From Octopus bimaculoides (lineage: Eukaryota), in contig NC_068985.1 of NCBI RefSeq assembly GCF_001194135.2, positions 124,750,875 through 124,786,648 on the forward strand: 35,774 nucleotides of DNA, in the 5' to 3' direction. Below are positions 11,180-21,435 of this stretch, piece after piece (within the stretch, counting starts at the first letter, position 1; every line of letters begins with the position of its first letter). The notes under the pieces were generated by a model. The model made no database searches, was not told the DNA's origin, and worked only from the letters and a program-made list of their open reading frames with translations. The position numbers and the translations under genes were made by a program.

Positions 11180-11567
11180 TGGCGCCGCCAGTATCAGACG
11201 TGCAGGCGTAGAGGACCTTTTAAAATCGCTTTTTTGTAACGTTTCCTTCAACAATTATGCTGACTCACCCAGCTTAAATAAGTAACTGGTTTATTTCTTC
11301 AGTTATAAATATGAGGGACACCTTTTATTTATCAACTTCGCGTTATTCAGATCAGATTACAAAATATATTACATCGCATGGAATTTCCTTTTACTATCAT
11401 GGCTGATTCTGTGAACAACACCACTAATACCTATATCAATGCAAGCAGCACTACAACACCTATAAGTCATTTGAGACGACCTAATTACGCTTCTGACTTT
11501 ACTTGGTCTTTACGTTTTAATGAAGATCTACTTCGGTGCTGCGAAAAAACCAAAGATGACCCTCCTG

Positions 11568-12191
11568 AGTAATCTTCCAGTTTAGGGAGGTAAAAAAAGT
11601 AAATAAAAATACAAGGGAAATAACTTAATGTCTTACTAGTATTATCCGTACTACTCTGAAATGTGTTTTTTTTTTAGCTGTTTATATATAAATCACACAC
11701 GTGATTGAAGTTAACTGTTTATATATAAATCACACACGTGATTGGAGATCATAGTACCGGCTGCACAACAACTTATGGTAATCTTCCAGTATAGGGAAAT
11801 AACGGTCAAACTAAGGCGTTTGACCCGAGCTCAAAACAGAAAAAAAAAATTAGTGTAATAGTCGTAAAACAACTTGCTGTGAACGAATATGAAGAAAAAA
11901 TGTGCGCTCGCGAACGGGTGGGATGGGGAGAGGACTCGGAACATTCACATCGTGAATGTTCCGAGACGCTTCATCGGAGCCATAAGTTGTTGTGCAGCCG
12001 GTACTATGATATCCAATCACGTGTGTGATTTATATATAAACAGTTAACTTCAATCACGTGTGTGATTTATTTATAAACAGCTAAAAAAAAAAACACATTT
12101 CAGAGTAGTACGGATAATACTAATAAGACGTTAAGTTATTTCCCTTGTATCTTTATTTACTTTTTTTACCTCCCTAAACTGGAAAATTACC
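11568..12191. mobile_element. 624-bp non-autonomous Mutator-like/foldback element with ~211-bp TIRs and 9-bp TSD
   Basis: TIRs 11568-11778 and 11980-12191 are near-perfect reverse complements. Direct repeat ACCCTCCTG at 11559-11567 and 12192-12200. Each TIR has two tandem copies of CTGTTTATATATAAATCACACACGTGATTG. Confidence 0.9.
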
Positions 12192-13434
12192 ACCCTCCTG
12201 TCGGTTATATGAAGCGGCTAAAAGAATATTGGGACGAAGCTCACTGAGACTGAAACTAATTTAGGGCAAAATAACATCGACAACAGGCGTCTTCTTTCGA
12301 GAGATAAAAAGTGACATTACAGTTAGCAATCATTATTTCACAACCATCAGAATGCGAAGCGCTCCTCACGAATGCTGGTCCGTGAGATGGTTGAGATATG
12401 CAAACAGTTTTGAGTAAGAAAGAGAAGTATGAACATGCAATGCGCATGTGCACACTGGATTCATAAAATGGAGAAGAATAAAAACGCTATGCGTATGTCA
12501 CATCTCGCTTTATCTCGTTGTTTTAATTATGCAGATAATATCATGGTTCTATATCCACCACAGTAATTTTTCTCCGCATTAGGAATATCAGAAAAACGAA
12601 AGAATTGTTTATATTGATAAAAGAAATCCCCGTTTCTACGCCACTACACTGCCATCTACTGGAACTGTCAAAATGACGTCAGAAAATAATCCGAAAATTA
12701 AAAGTTTCACAGCAAGATAACAATACTATTCTTATATACAGAGACAAGGTTATTTTAAGATTTTTTCTTTGAATAAATCCTTTCACGTAGCTTCGATGCA
12801 ATTTTCTTGTTACAACTATTGTGATGCTTATCGATCTTCTCAGAACACTGAGAACCGGCTAAAATCTGTCATAAGAGAGATCGAAAATAATGTAAACAAA
12901 CCACTGATGTCATCACCAAAGCTCTCGCAAATCTTCACGTTCAAATAATTCGACAGAGATGACTGTGAAATATACTCACCTTAAGAAACCAACTTTAAAA
13001 AAAAGGGAAAAAAAGACCTTTCCCAGTTCTTCTAAGCCGTTGTGTGACAGGCCGCGAGGCCATTCTTAACGAAATTAAAGATTAAAAAAAGCCAACTGCT
13101 CTTATGTTAAAAGTCATTGATAATGTTGCTGGAGAGCACATGGAATCATGTGATGTTAATTACAGGGCAATTAATACCTTCATATACAAAGCTGAGACAA
13201 GTGCAGACAGCCTTCGAATGTTATATCGTATTTCTCAGACAGCACCTGTTTGTATATATTAAAACCTAGTGCAGTAAAGCGAAGAGAACATTCCTACGTG
13301 TCCAGAAGTGCGATGCCCAGAAAGTACTCGCTTCCTGATGATTTTCCATACAACTTCAAAACAGTTGGACAAACATACCTCAAGGAAAACCTGGATGTGA
13401 AACACTCAACTTGCAAAAAACAAAAAAAGTAGAA

Positions 13435-13843
13435 TAGGTGCAACTGTGTGGAAAGAAGCTTGTTTCCTAACCACATGGTTCTGGGTTCCACCCCATAGCG
13501 TGGCACTTTGGTAAAATGTCTTCTATTATAGTCACGAGCCGACCAAAGACTTGTGCGTGGATTTAGTTGACAGAAACTGGAAGAAGCCCCTCGTGTTTAA
13601 ATATGTTTGTGTGTGTGTATGTGTGTGTGTGTCTTTGCGTCTGTGTTAGTCCTCCACTACCGCTTGACAACCGGTGTTGGTGTGTTTACGTCCCTGTAAC
13701 TTGACGGTTCAGCAAAAGAGAACGATAGAATAAGTACCAGGCATAGAAAAAAAATCAAGTACTGGGTTCTAGTCATATGACTAAAAATTCTTCAGCGTGA
13801 CCACAGTCTAATGACTGAATTAAGTAAAAACTAAAAAAAGATA
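13435..13843 (+). mobile_element. Near full-length tRNA-derived SINE (family C) with internal (GT)n
   Basis: Head CTGTGTGGAAAGAAGCTTGTTTCCTAACCACATGGTTCTGGGTTCCACCCC; body GCCGACCAAAGACTTGTG...; 3' GACCACAGTCTAATGACTGAATTAAGTAAAAA. Confidence 0.85.
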
Positions 13844-14609
13844 AATGCATGGGTATTTTTCTCGAAGACTTGAAGAGGAAGACACTAATACCGCCATGAA
13901 GTGCAACATCCTTGATTTACGTCTGCTATATTCCATCGTAGCCGAAGGCTAAGGCATTTGCAATCCAAAAGCAGGAGATCACTACAAAATATCTAGTAAA
14001 CAAAAGAGACAGTGAAATCCTGGGAACCCAAGATGTCACCGAGAATGGCGATTATGCCACATTTCCAAAAAATGTCACCAAGGTACTAATGCATAAAACA
14101 ATTACAATGCCATCCAAAAAGACAAAAAAAAAATGTGATAGAGAACTTCTCTGTTATTGAATACATTCATAAACAGCAACACAAAGAATATTGATGGAAC
14201 ATTTCCATCAAAACTTTTACCAAATGCAAAAATAACAGTTGTTTGGGACAGATGAGAAAAGGTACGTATCATCGTAGAGGTCAGCTACCTTAATAGGTCA
14301 ATCCTATGATCACGGTAATCTGGCTCAGATGGCCATCCTGTCTTTTTCCTACATATAGATGGTAATCCGGAGCACTGCATTTTCCAACTTATCAACGTAT
14401 CCTTTTCCAGGACACTTGTGTGTGCGCGTGTGTGTGAAGGTATGTGATTCAAAAGAGATTTGGCTACTCTTTGTAGTAGACCAAGCGACCACATACAGCT
14501 TGGCCTACCTTGTTGATTCGAACGCTTACCGTGGTAGGTCGGCGTCCATTCACTCTACGACTTAAATTTGCCAACAAGCGTGTGACCCTATGTCAAAGTT
14601 AGAAAAACT

Positions 14610-14702
14610 ATGATGATGATGATGATGATGATGACAGTGATGATAATGATGATGATGGTCATCATCATGATCATCAACATCATCATGATCATGATCATGA
14701 TA
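14610..14702. repeat. Degenerate (ATG)/(ATC) trinucleotide repeat
   Basis: Direct reading. Confidence 0.9.
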
Positions 14703-15159
14703 TCAGCATCGTCATTGTGCACTATTTTTGTTTCGCCTCTTTACGTTGTTTTATATATTTATCTAATCATTTCGCCACCCTCTCTCCCTTCTCTCCCCTT
14801 TTCTTCAGTGTCAGTTAAGATTTTTTTCCCCTTTACCCCCGGACGGAAGTTCTATTGTTTTTCTAATGTACTGTAAACATCACATCACGGGTGCTTGGCT
14901 ACATGCCAGATTACATTTTAGAAGCCAGCCCACACACAAATACGCTTCCCACCACACACAAAAAAAAATAAATAAATAAAATAATAGTAATGAAAATAAA
15001 AATACAAAAACAACAAAAACAAGCTAACTAACTTCTACATGGTCACTTGGTCAGTTTGAAATGGTGTTGATGGCGGTAGTAGATATTTCGATCGACCGTA
15101 AGAAATTGTTTATATTGTTTTTTCATTCAAATTGGCCGATGCCGTTTGTCATATTGTTT

Positions 15160-15635
15160 GAAAGAGAAGGGCCACCGTTTTTCTGATAGCTGGGTCGGAT
15201 TTGAACTCACAGGGTACAAAGTCGGAAAAGACACCACAATGTATTCCGTCCGACAATCCAACAATTCTGTCAATCCCCTGCCCTGACTACTGGAGCTTTT
15301 ATCAATCGATTTTAAAAAATCGAAGAGCAAAGTTGACCTTGGTGATATTTGATCTCAGAATGCACAGAGTCGGAATAGGTACAGATACAGAAAAAGTGTT
15401 CTGTTCGACGCTTTAATAATTCTTCGAAACCATTGCTCTGGACTGGTATATTTTAGGGACAGCGGAAAGATGAAAGGTATAATTAATTTTAGTGAGATTT
15501 GAACCCAGATTACCAGAACACCAAATCACCAAAACGCCAGAGCGCCAGAACACCAGAGCGTCAGAGTGCTAGAGCAGCAGAACACAGAACATTGGAAATA
15601 TGTTGCGTGGTATTCCGTCTAGCGCTAACAACTAC
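15160..15635 (-). mobile_element. Three degenerate head-to-tail family-A-like SINE units (~15160-15280, 15287-15430, 15441-15635)
   Basis: Repeated GATTTGAACTC/ATTTGATCTCAG/GATTTGAACCCAG (B-box reverse complement), ACTGGTA, GATGAAAGG/AAAGTTGACC and CGACGCT/GCGCTAAC blocks. Confidence 0.6.
15513..15592 (+). repeat. Degenerate 8-bp tandem repeat (CCAGARCR-like), about 9-10 units
   Basis: CCAGAACA CCAAATCA CCAAAACG CCAGAGCG CCAGAACA CCAGAGCG TCAGAGTG CTAGAGCA GCAGAACA. Confidence 0.8.
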
Positions 15636-15744
15636 GATGATTCTCTGCTTTAAAGATTAATAGAAATAGGAGACAAACATCTCTTAAAGTTCACCCTCTT
15701 ACATTAAAGAAGAAAAAAACAGGTAAAAAGAGAAAAAAAACATG

Positions 15745-15810
15745 CTGGCGTGGCTGTGTGACAAGAAGTTTACTTCCCAACCACATGATTCCAGGTTCAG
15801 TCGTGCATTC
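15745..15810 (+). mobile_element. SINE family C 5' head fragment
   Basis: GGCGTGGCTGTGTGACAAGAAGTTTACTTCCCAACCACATGATTCCAGGTTCAGTC is similar to the head at 13435. Confidence 0.75.
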
Positions 15811-16338
15811 CTTAAGAGTTTTGAAACTGATGAACTCGAGACAGCTACAGAGGTTATTGTGGATAATGTGCATGTATATATATATATATATATNNNNNNN
15901 NNNNNNNNNNNNNNNNNNNNNNNNNNNNNNNNNNNNNNNNNNNNNNNNNNNNNNNNNNNNNNNNNNNNNNNNNNNNNNNNNNNNNNNNNNNNNNNNNNNN
16001 NNNNNNNNNNNNNNNNNNNNNNNNNNNNNNNNNNNNNNNNNNNNNNNNNNNNNNNNNNNNNNNNNNNNNNNNNNNNNNNNNNNNNNNNNNNNNNNNNNNN
16101 NNNNNNNNNNNNNNNNNNNNNNNNNNNNNNNNNNNNNNNNNNNNNNNNNNNNNNNNNCAGCTGCCACCATTAAAACTCCGGCGTTTCGAAGAATTAAGGC
16201 AGTACGCATCGTTAAAGTGGTTCTTCCCACGAACACAAATTAAATTGTTTTCGTGGAGGGTAGTGGTGAACGGAAAACAAGACAGGAAAACGAAACGGTG
16301 AAATAAACAAACAAAATGGCTGTACAGCCAGACGTGAA

Positions 16339-16384
<46 letters not shown>

Positions 16385-16939
16385 CCTACTACTGACATGT
16401 GACCTGTGGTCATCGTCTTATCTTCTTCCTTTTCATATTTTTCTCTCGTCTCCCATTCTATTCATCTTTCGCTATCTCTTTGTTAATCCTTTAGGATATT
16501 TTTCCGGCGTTAACCATTTTTGTCTCCTGTGTGGCCCCAAGGCTGCATTCTGTTTTTTTAATTATTTATTTCAGTTCGTTCCTATGCCTACATCTCGTCC
16601 TGTTTGTTTTCGTCTTTGTCTTCTGTCCGTCCACTAACTGTCTCGTCTTGAATTACATTTATTTCACATTTGCATGTTCACTTTCTGTATCGCACGGTTG
16701 TTTATTTCTTGTCTGTTCGTTCATTTTCTATCATGTTTGGTCCCTTGTTTTTTGGCTCGCTATTTCTGGCGGCGTTTTGCCGTCGGCGCCACCAGAAGGG
16801 CTTCAATATCGTTAAGGCGCGAGAAATCGCGTTTGACCCTTTGGCCGATGACTGATGAGTGTTTGGTGACCTTGTGTGTCTGTTTTCCGCTTGTTAGTGC
16901 TATATGTTTTTCACACACACACACACACACATACATATG

Positions 16940-16973
<34 letters not shown>

Positions 16974-16974
16974 T

Positions 16975-17010
16975 AGAAGGTGAGGTGCTGAAAAGTTCTT
17001 GGCTTTAAGA
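16975..17010. mobile_element. Solo TIR fragment of the ~200-bp MITE family
   Basis: GGTGCTGAAAAGTTCTTGGCTTTAAG is the reverse complement of the right TIR of the copy at 34826-35046. Confidence 0.7.
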
Positions 17011-17012
17011 GT

Positions 17013-17056
<44 letters not shown>

Positions 17057-17058
<2 letters not shown>

Positions 17059-18196
17059 TAGCTGGTGTACCCGGTAATTTCCGAGGGTAAAGATATTCTA
17101 TTGAAACGCCTTATTACTCTGATATAAGAAGACAATTTCGCTATAACTGCCACACAAGGTGTATTTTCCGTCACGAAAAAGTACAAAAAATGTCCGCTGG
17201 AGGAGGGAGAGATTGTTGGACGCTGGCGAGAGAGGTTTTCGGAGGTTGGCGAGAGGCAAAGACATTATTCTGCTTAGCAAAGGCATCTGGGAAATGTATA
17301 ACGGCTGTCATTCACAGAAAAACTATTGTTTTACCGTGAGAAAAGCGCTGCTGAAGTGTTAAGTAAAATTTGGCAATCGAGGATCGAATCCACGCTATGC
17401 CTGCATGAAGCCACAAATACGTTGTGGAATAAAAACAATTATCTACTGTCATGGAAAAAGTGTAACTGTAAAAATACAGAATTATCGGAGCAATGGGCAT
17501 TCAAAAAAGTATGTATGTATAGAAATATATGAATGAAGTCTTTAATGTCTAAGATTCAAATTAAGGAAGTGCATTAATAATGTTTAGCAGTTGAAAACTG
17601 TGAGTAGTGAAATGTAGAATTAGGTCGGCTGATCGTAAGAATCAAATATTGATCGCTTCGCTAAAATCTGCAGGTGGTATGGGTTATTTCCCTTGGGTTG
17701 TTTAAATAAAATATTAGTAATATGTAGTAGATAGAAGGATCCATTGGAAGGGCGTTTTTATCGATTTTTTTTCAACAATCTAAGTATGTCACGAGGTTTC
17801 CAGATACGAGTTCTACTCACTTGTCAAATAAAGTATAAAAGTGATATTGTCTGCAAAAATTAGAAATAGGACACACAAAAAATCAATATTCAAAGTAATC
17901 GAACATAAACAATGAAATAGGTTATACCCCTTGAATGTTTGAATAAATATTATACAGGTGCTATGGGTTATTCCCCATGGGTGTTTAAAAAAAATTAGTT
18001 ATATGAGGTAGATACAAAGGTCCCTTCCAGGGTCCGTATCATCGACTTTTTTAACAATGTAACTAAGTTACGAGGTTTCCAGACATGAGTTCTACTCACG
18101 TGTCAAGTTTCATCAAAATCAATAAAACGATGTAGGAGGAGTTAGCTAACAACGCCAAAAACAAACACACACCGATTTTCCTCATATGTAGTAGAT
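17057..18196 (+). mobile_element. Non-autonomous Helitron-like element with internal ~155-bp duplication
   Basis: Starts ACTAGCTGGTGTACCCGG with an imperfect subterminal hairpin (TACCCGG...CCGAGGGTA). Ends TTTCATCAAAATC...TGTAGGAGGAGTT...ACAAACACACAC...ATATGTAGTAGAT. No TIR or TSD, and it sits in TA-rich sequence. This layout resembles Lep1/HINE-type non-autonomous Helitrons. Confidence 0.6.
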
Positions 18197-18288
18197 ATAT
18201 ACATATACATACACACGCGCATATACATACTTACATACATACATACATACATACATACATGCATACATAATATACATATATATGTATG

Positions 18289-18325
<37 letters not shown>

Positions 18326-18792
18326 NNNNNNNNNNNNNNNNNNNNNNNNNNNNNNNNNNNNNNNNNNNNNNNNNNNNNNNNNNNNNNNNNNNNNNNNNNN
18401 NNNNNNNNNNNNNNNNNNNNNNNNNNNNNNNNNNNNNNNNNNNNNNNNNNNNNNNNNNNNNNNNNNNNNNNNNNNNNNNNNNNNNNNNNNNNNNNNNNNN
18501 NNNNNNNNNNNNNNNNNNNNNNNNNNNNNNNNNNNNNNNNNNNNNNNNNNNNNNNNNNNNNNNNNNNNNNNNNNNNNNNNNNNNNNNNNNNNNNNNNNNN
18601 NNNNNNNNNNNNNNNNNNNNNNNNNNNNNNNNNNNNNNNNNNNNNNNNNNNNNNNNNNNNNNNNNNNNNNNNNNNNNNNNNNNNNNNNNNNNNNNNNNNN
18701 NNNNNNNNNNNNNNNNNNNNNNNNNNNNNNNNNNNNNNNNNNNNNNNNNNNNNNNNNNNNNNNNNNNNNNNNNNNNNNNNNNNNNNNNNNNN

Positions 18793-18860
<68 letters not shown>

Positions 18861-19165
18861 TTATATATACATATATATATATATATAATGTGTATATATA
18901 TATATGTATATATACATATAACATATATTAACATATGTATATATACATCTATCCATCAATCTATCTGTGCGCATGTATACATCTGCCTGAAGATTGCTTT
19001 AGCGTGAACTTCGAGCATACATGTGTGTGTGTGCGTGTGTATGTGTGAGTGTGTGTAAAAGTGTGTATTTTTGTATGTGTGTGCGTACGCAAAACAATGT
19101 AAACTATGTAGAAAATTAACTTCCGTATCTCATAATCATCATACCACCACAAAACACCAACAGAA

Positions 19166-19168
19166 CTG

Positions 19169-19249
<81 letters not shown>

Positions 19250-19262
19250 GCAACAACAACAA
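19166..19262. repeat. (ACT)n followed by (AAC)n
   Basis: Direct reading. Confidence 0.95.
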
Positions 19263-19379
19263 AGCGCGCATCGTTAATTATTCATGCCTTAGTTTATCCC
19301 TTTTTATGCAATACCCATGATATTCTCTGAAAACTCTGTCGTCTCCCTGTTGACTGTAACTGGAAGGAATATGTAACGA

Positions 19380-19380
<1 letters not shown>

Positions 19381-19424
<44 letters not shown>

Positions 19425-19531
19425 TATCATCATCATCATCGTTATCATAAACAACAACAACAACAATAATAACAGCATGAACAACGACACAACAACCGCG
19501 ACATCAACTACACCACCACCTGTAGCAGCAA

Positions 19532-19564
<33 letters not shown>

Positions 19565-19860
19565 CTGAAACAGTAATATCAACAAGTGCAACACCAATAT
19601 CTGCAGCAGCCACAGCTGTAGCAACAACATTCGCAGCAACAACTGCAGCAGTAACAGCTGCAACCGCAACAATTTTAGCAAGAACATCTGTGGCTACCAC
19701 AGTAGCAACAGTGGCAACAGCTGCAACAGTAGTACTGCAGCAACAGCAAAAATATTGGAGTAAAAATATCAGGAGCAGCAGGAGCAGATTCAAATAGGAC
19801 AGCGACATCTATTGCTGAAACATCTGCTGTAGCAACTACAACAGCAACAACTGTAATAAC
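19381..19860. repeat. (ATC)n, (AAC)n and degenerate (GCA/ACA) trinucleotide low-complexity tract
   Basis: Direct reading; explains the Thr/Ala and Val/Met ORFs. Confidence 0.85.
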
Positions 19861-20126
19861 AAAGCGATGTCAGGCTTTTTATCCTTAACCCACAATTCTC
19901 AGTTAGTCGGGAAATACGACCAATGGTTCGTCCCGCTTGCATTCTGGTGTCGATTAGTGATGGTGAACAGAGACTCTGAGTATTGAAGAAGATCAATTGA
20001 ACTGCGTATCTCAGAGAACTTTCAGCCTATCGACTATGATCTACTTCTAGGAACTTCTGATCTGATAGCGCTTGGAGAGATATTACTGATTTGCGATAAA
20101 TTCGTAGCACCGTCAGCCGAGGTTGT

Positions 20127-20158
20127 CTGAGATGTACGCAGGGCGACGAAACGTTGTG
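20127..20158 (+). ncRNA. Degenerate hammerhead-like motif
   Basis: CTGA-GA-T-GTACGC(AGG)GCG-AC-GAAACGTT-GTG. The core is one nt short, stem II has a 1-nt deletion and stem I does not pair. Confidence 0.35.
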
Positions 20159-20183
20159 CGTGTATTGATTCAGTATCAAAGTA

Positions 20184-21435
20184 TTGGGTTGGCAACTAAG
20201 TTCCGCCGATTTTTTAAATTTTGGAATTTATTGCGTTTTTAAATTTTGGAATCTATTTTTTCGAGTTTTCGAGAATTCTATTTTTGAATCATTTTGGAAT
20301 GTATTTTGTTTTTTCCTTTTTCTAGTTAATTTTAGTTAATTTTTGTTTATTTTCAGATCATTAAAATGGAATGTCAAGTTAAGAAAAACGAGCATTTTCG
20401 ACACCTCCTTCTTCTTACTTTTAATCAAGGTTCTAAGGCTGCAAAAGCTGCTCGCGACATTTGTGCTGTGTATGGAGACGGTGCCATAGCTGAAAGAACC
20501 GCTCGTGATTGATATGCCAAGTTCAAAAATGGAAATTCTGACCTCAAAGACGCATATCGTTCTGACCGTCCAGTTGAGTTCGATGAAAAGCGATTAAACC
20601 GACTTTTGCACGAAAATTCTCGTCAAACGACAAGGGAACTGGTAGAGAAAATGGAATGCTCCCACACTNNNNNNNNNNNNNNNNNNNNNNNNNNNNNNNN
20701 NNNNNNNNNNNNNNNNNNNNNNNNNNNNNNNNNNNNNNNNNNNNNNNNNNNNNNNNNNNNNNNNNNNNNNNNNNNNNNNNNNNNNNNNNNNNNNNNNNNN
20801 NNNNNNNNNNNNNNNNNNNNNNNNNNNNNNNNNNNNNNNNNNNNNNNNNNNNNNNNNNNNNNNNNNNNNNNNNNNNNNNNNNNNNNNNNNNNNNNNNNNN
20901 NNNNNNNNNNNNNNNNNNNNNNNNNNNNNNNNNNNNNNNNNNNNNNNNNNNNNNNNNNNNNNNNNNNNNNNNNNNNNNNNNNNNNNNNNNNNNNNNNNNN
21001 NNNNNNNNNNNNNNNNNNNNNNNNNNNNNNNNNNNNNNNNNNNNNNNNNNNNNNNNNNNNNNNNNNNNNNNNNNNNNNNNNNNNNNNNNNNNNNNNNNNN
21101 NNNNNNNNNNNNNNNNNNNNNNNNNNNNNNNNNNNNNNNNNNNNNNNNNNNNNNNNNNNNNNNNNNNNNNNNNNNNNNNNNNNNNNNNNNNNNNNNNNNN
21201 NNNNNNNNNNNNNNNNNNNNNNNNNNNNNNNNNNNNNNNNNNNNNNNNNNNNNNNNNNNNNNNNNNNNNNCGGGTGATTTCTACCAACGAGGTATTGAAA
21301 ATCTTGTTGAACGTTGGGAAGAAGTTGTAAACAACAAGGGTGAATACATTATTGATTAATTAGTTGTTATTTTTTATTAAACCTTTTAAAAATTAAAATT
21401 TTAAAAAAATGACGGGAACTTAGTTGCCAACCCAA
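20184..21435 (+). mobile_element. Mariner transposon, ~1.25 kb, middle hidden by an N gap
   Basis: Perfect 21-bp TIR TTGGGTTGGCAACTAAGTTCC (20184-20204 / 21415-21435), with TA at 20182-20183 and 21436-21437. Confidence 0.95.
20366..21359 (+). pseudogene. Mariner transposase pseudogene
   Basis: MECQVKKNEHFRHLLLLTFNQGSKAAKAARDICAVYG...RD*YAKFKNG (TGA 20510-20512)...RQTTRELVEKM; C-terminus GDFYQRGIENLVERWEEVVNNKGEYIID*. The catalytic domain lies in the gap. Confidence 0.9.

Larger units (their letters stand above)
11378..14262 (+). mobile_element. Highly decayed, internally deleted R4/Dong-like (RLE-encoding) non-LTR retrotransposon, interrupted by later insertions
   Basis: N-terminal remnants: ...KDDPP|VGYMKRLKEYWDEAH across the MULE insertion, then K*HRQQAS and INTFIYKA. 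C-terminal remnants at 13944-14262: EG*AFAIQKQEITTKYLVNKRD, RLCH, KMSPRY*, KTI.NAI, EYIHKQQHKEY*WNISIKT..KCKNN, VVWDR*EK. These resemble the zinc-knuckle/RLE region of R4-clade proteins (recalled similarity, not searched). Confidence 0.55.

Noticed and set aside
12770-13432. Short ORFs such as 13250-13432 as host exons
   Set aside because: No splice or protein-family support. They lie between R4-like remnants and are better explained as decayed element sequence.
19278-19808. Thr/Ala-rich mucin-like ORF (19477-19797) and its antisense Val/Met ORF
   Set aside because: Derived from degenerate ACA/GCA/ATC trinucleotide repeats continuous with flanking pure microsatellites.
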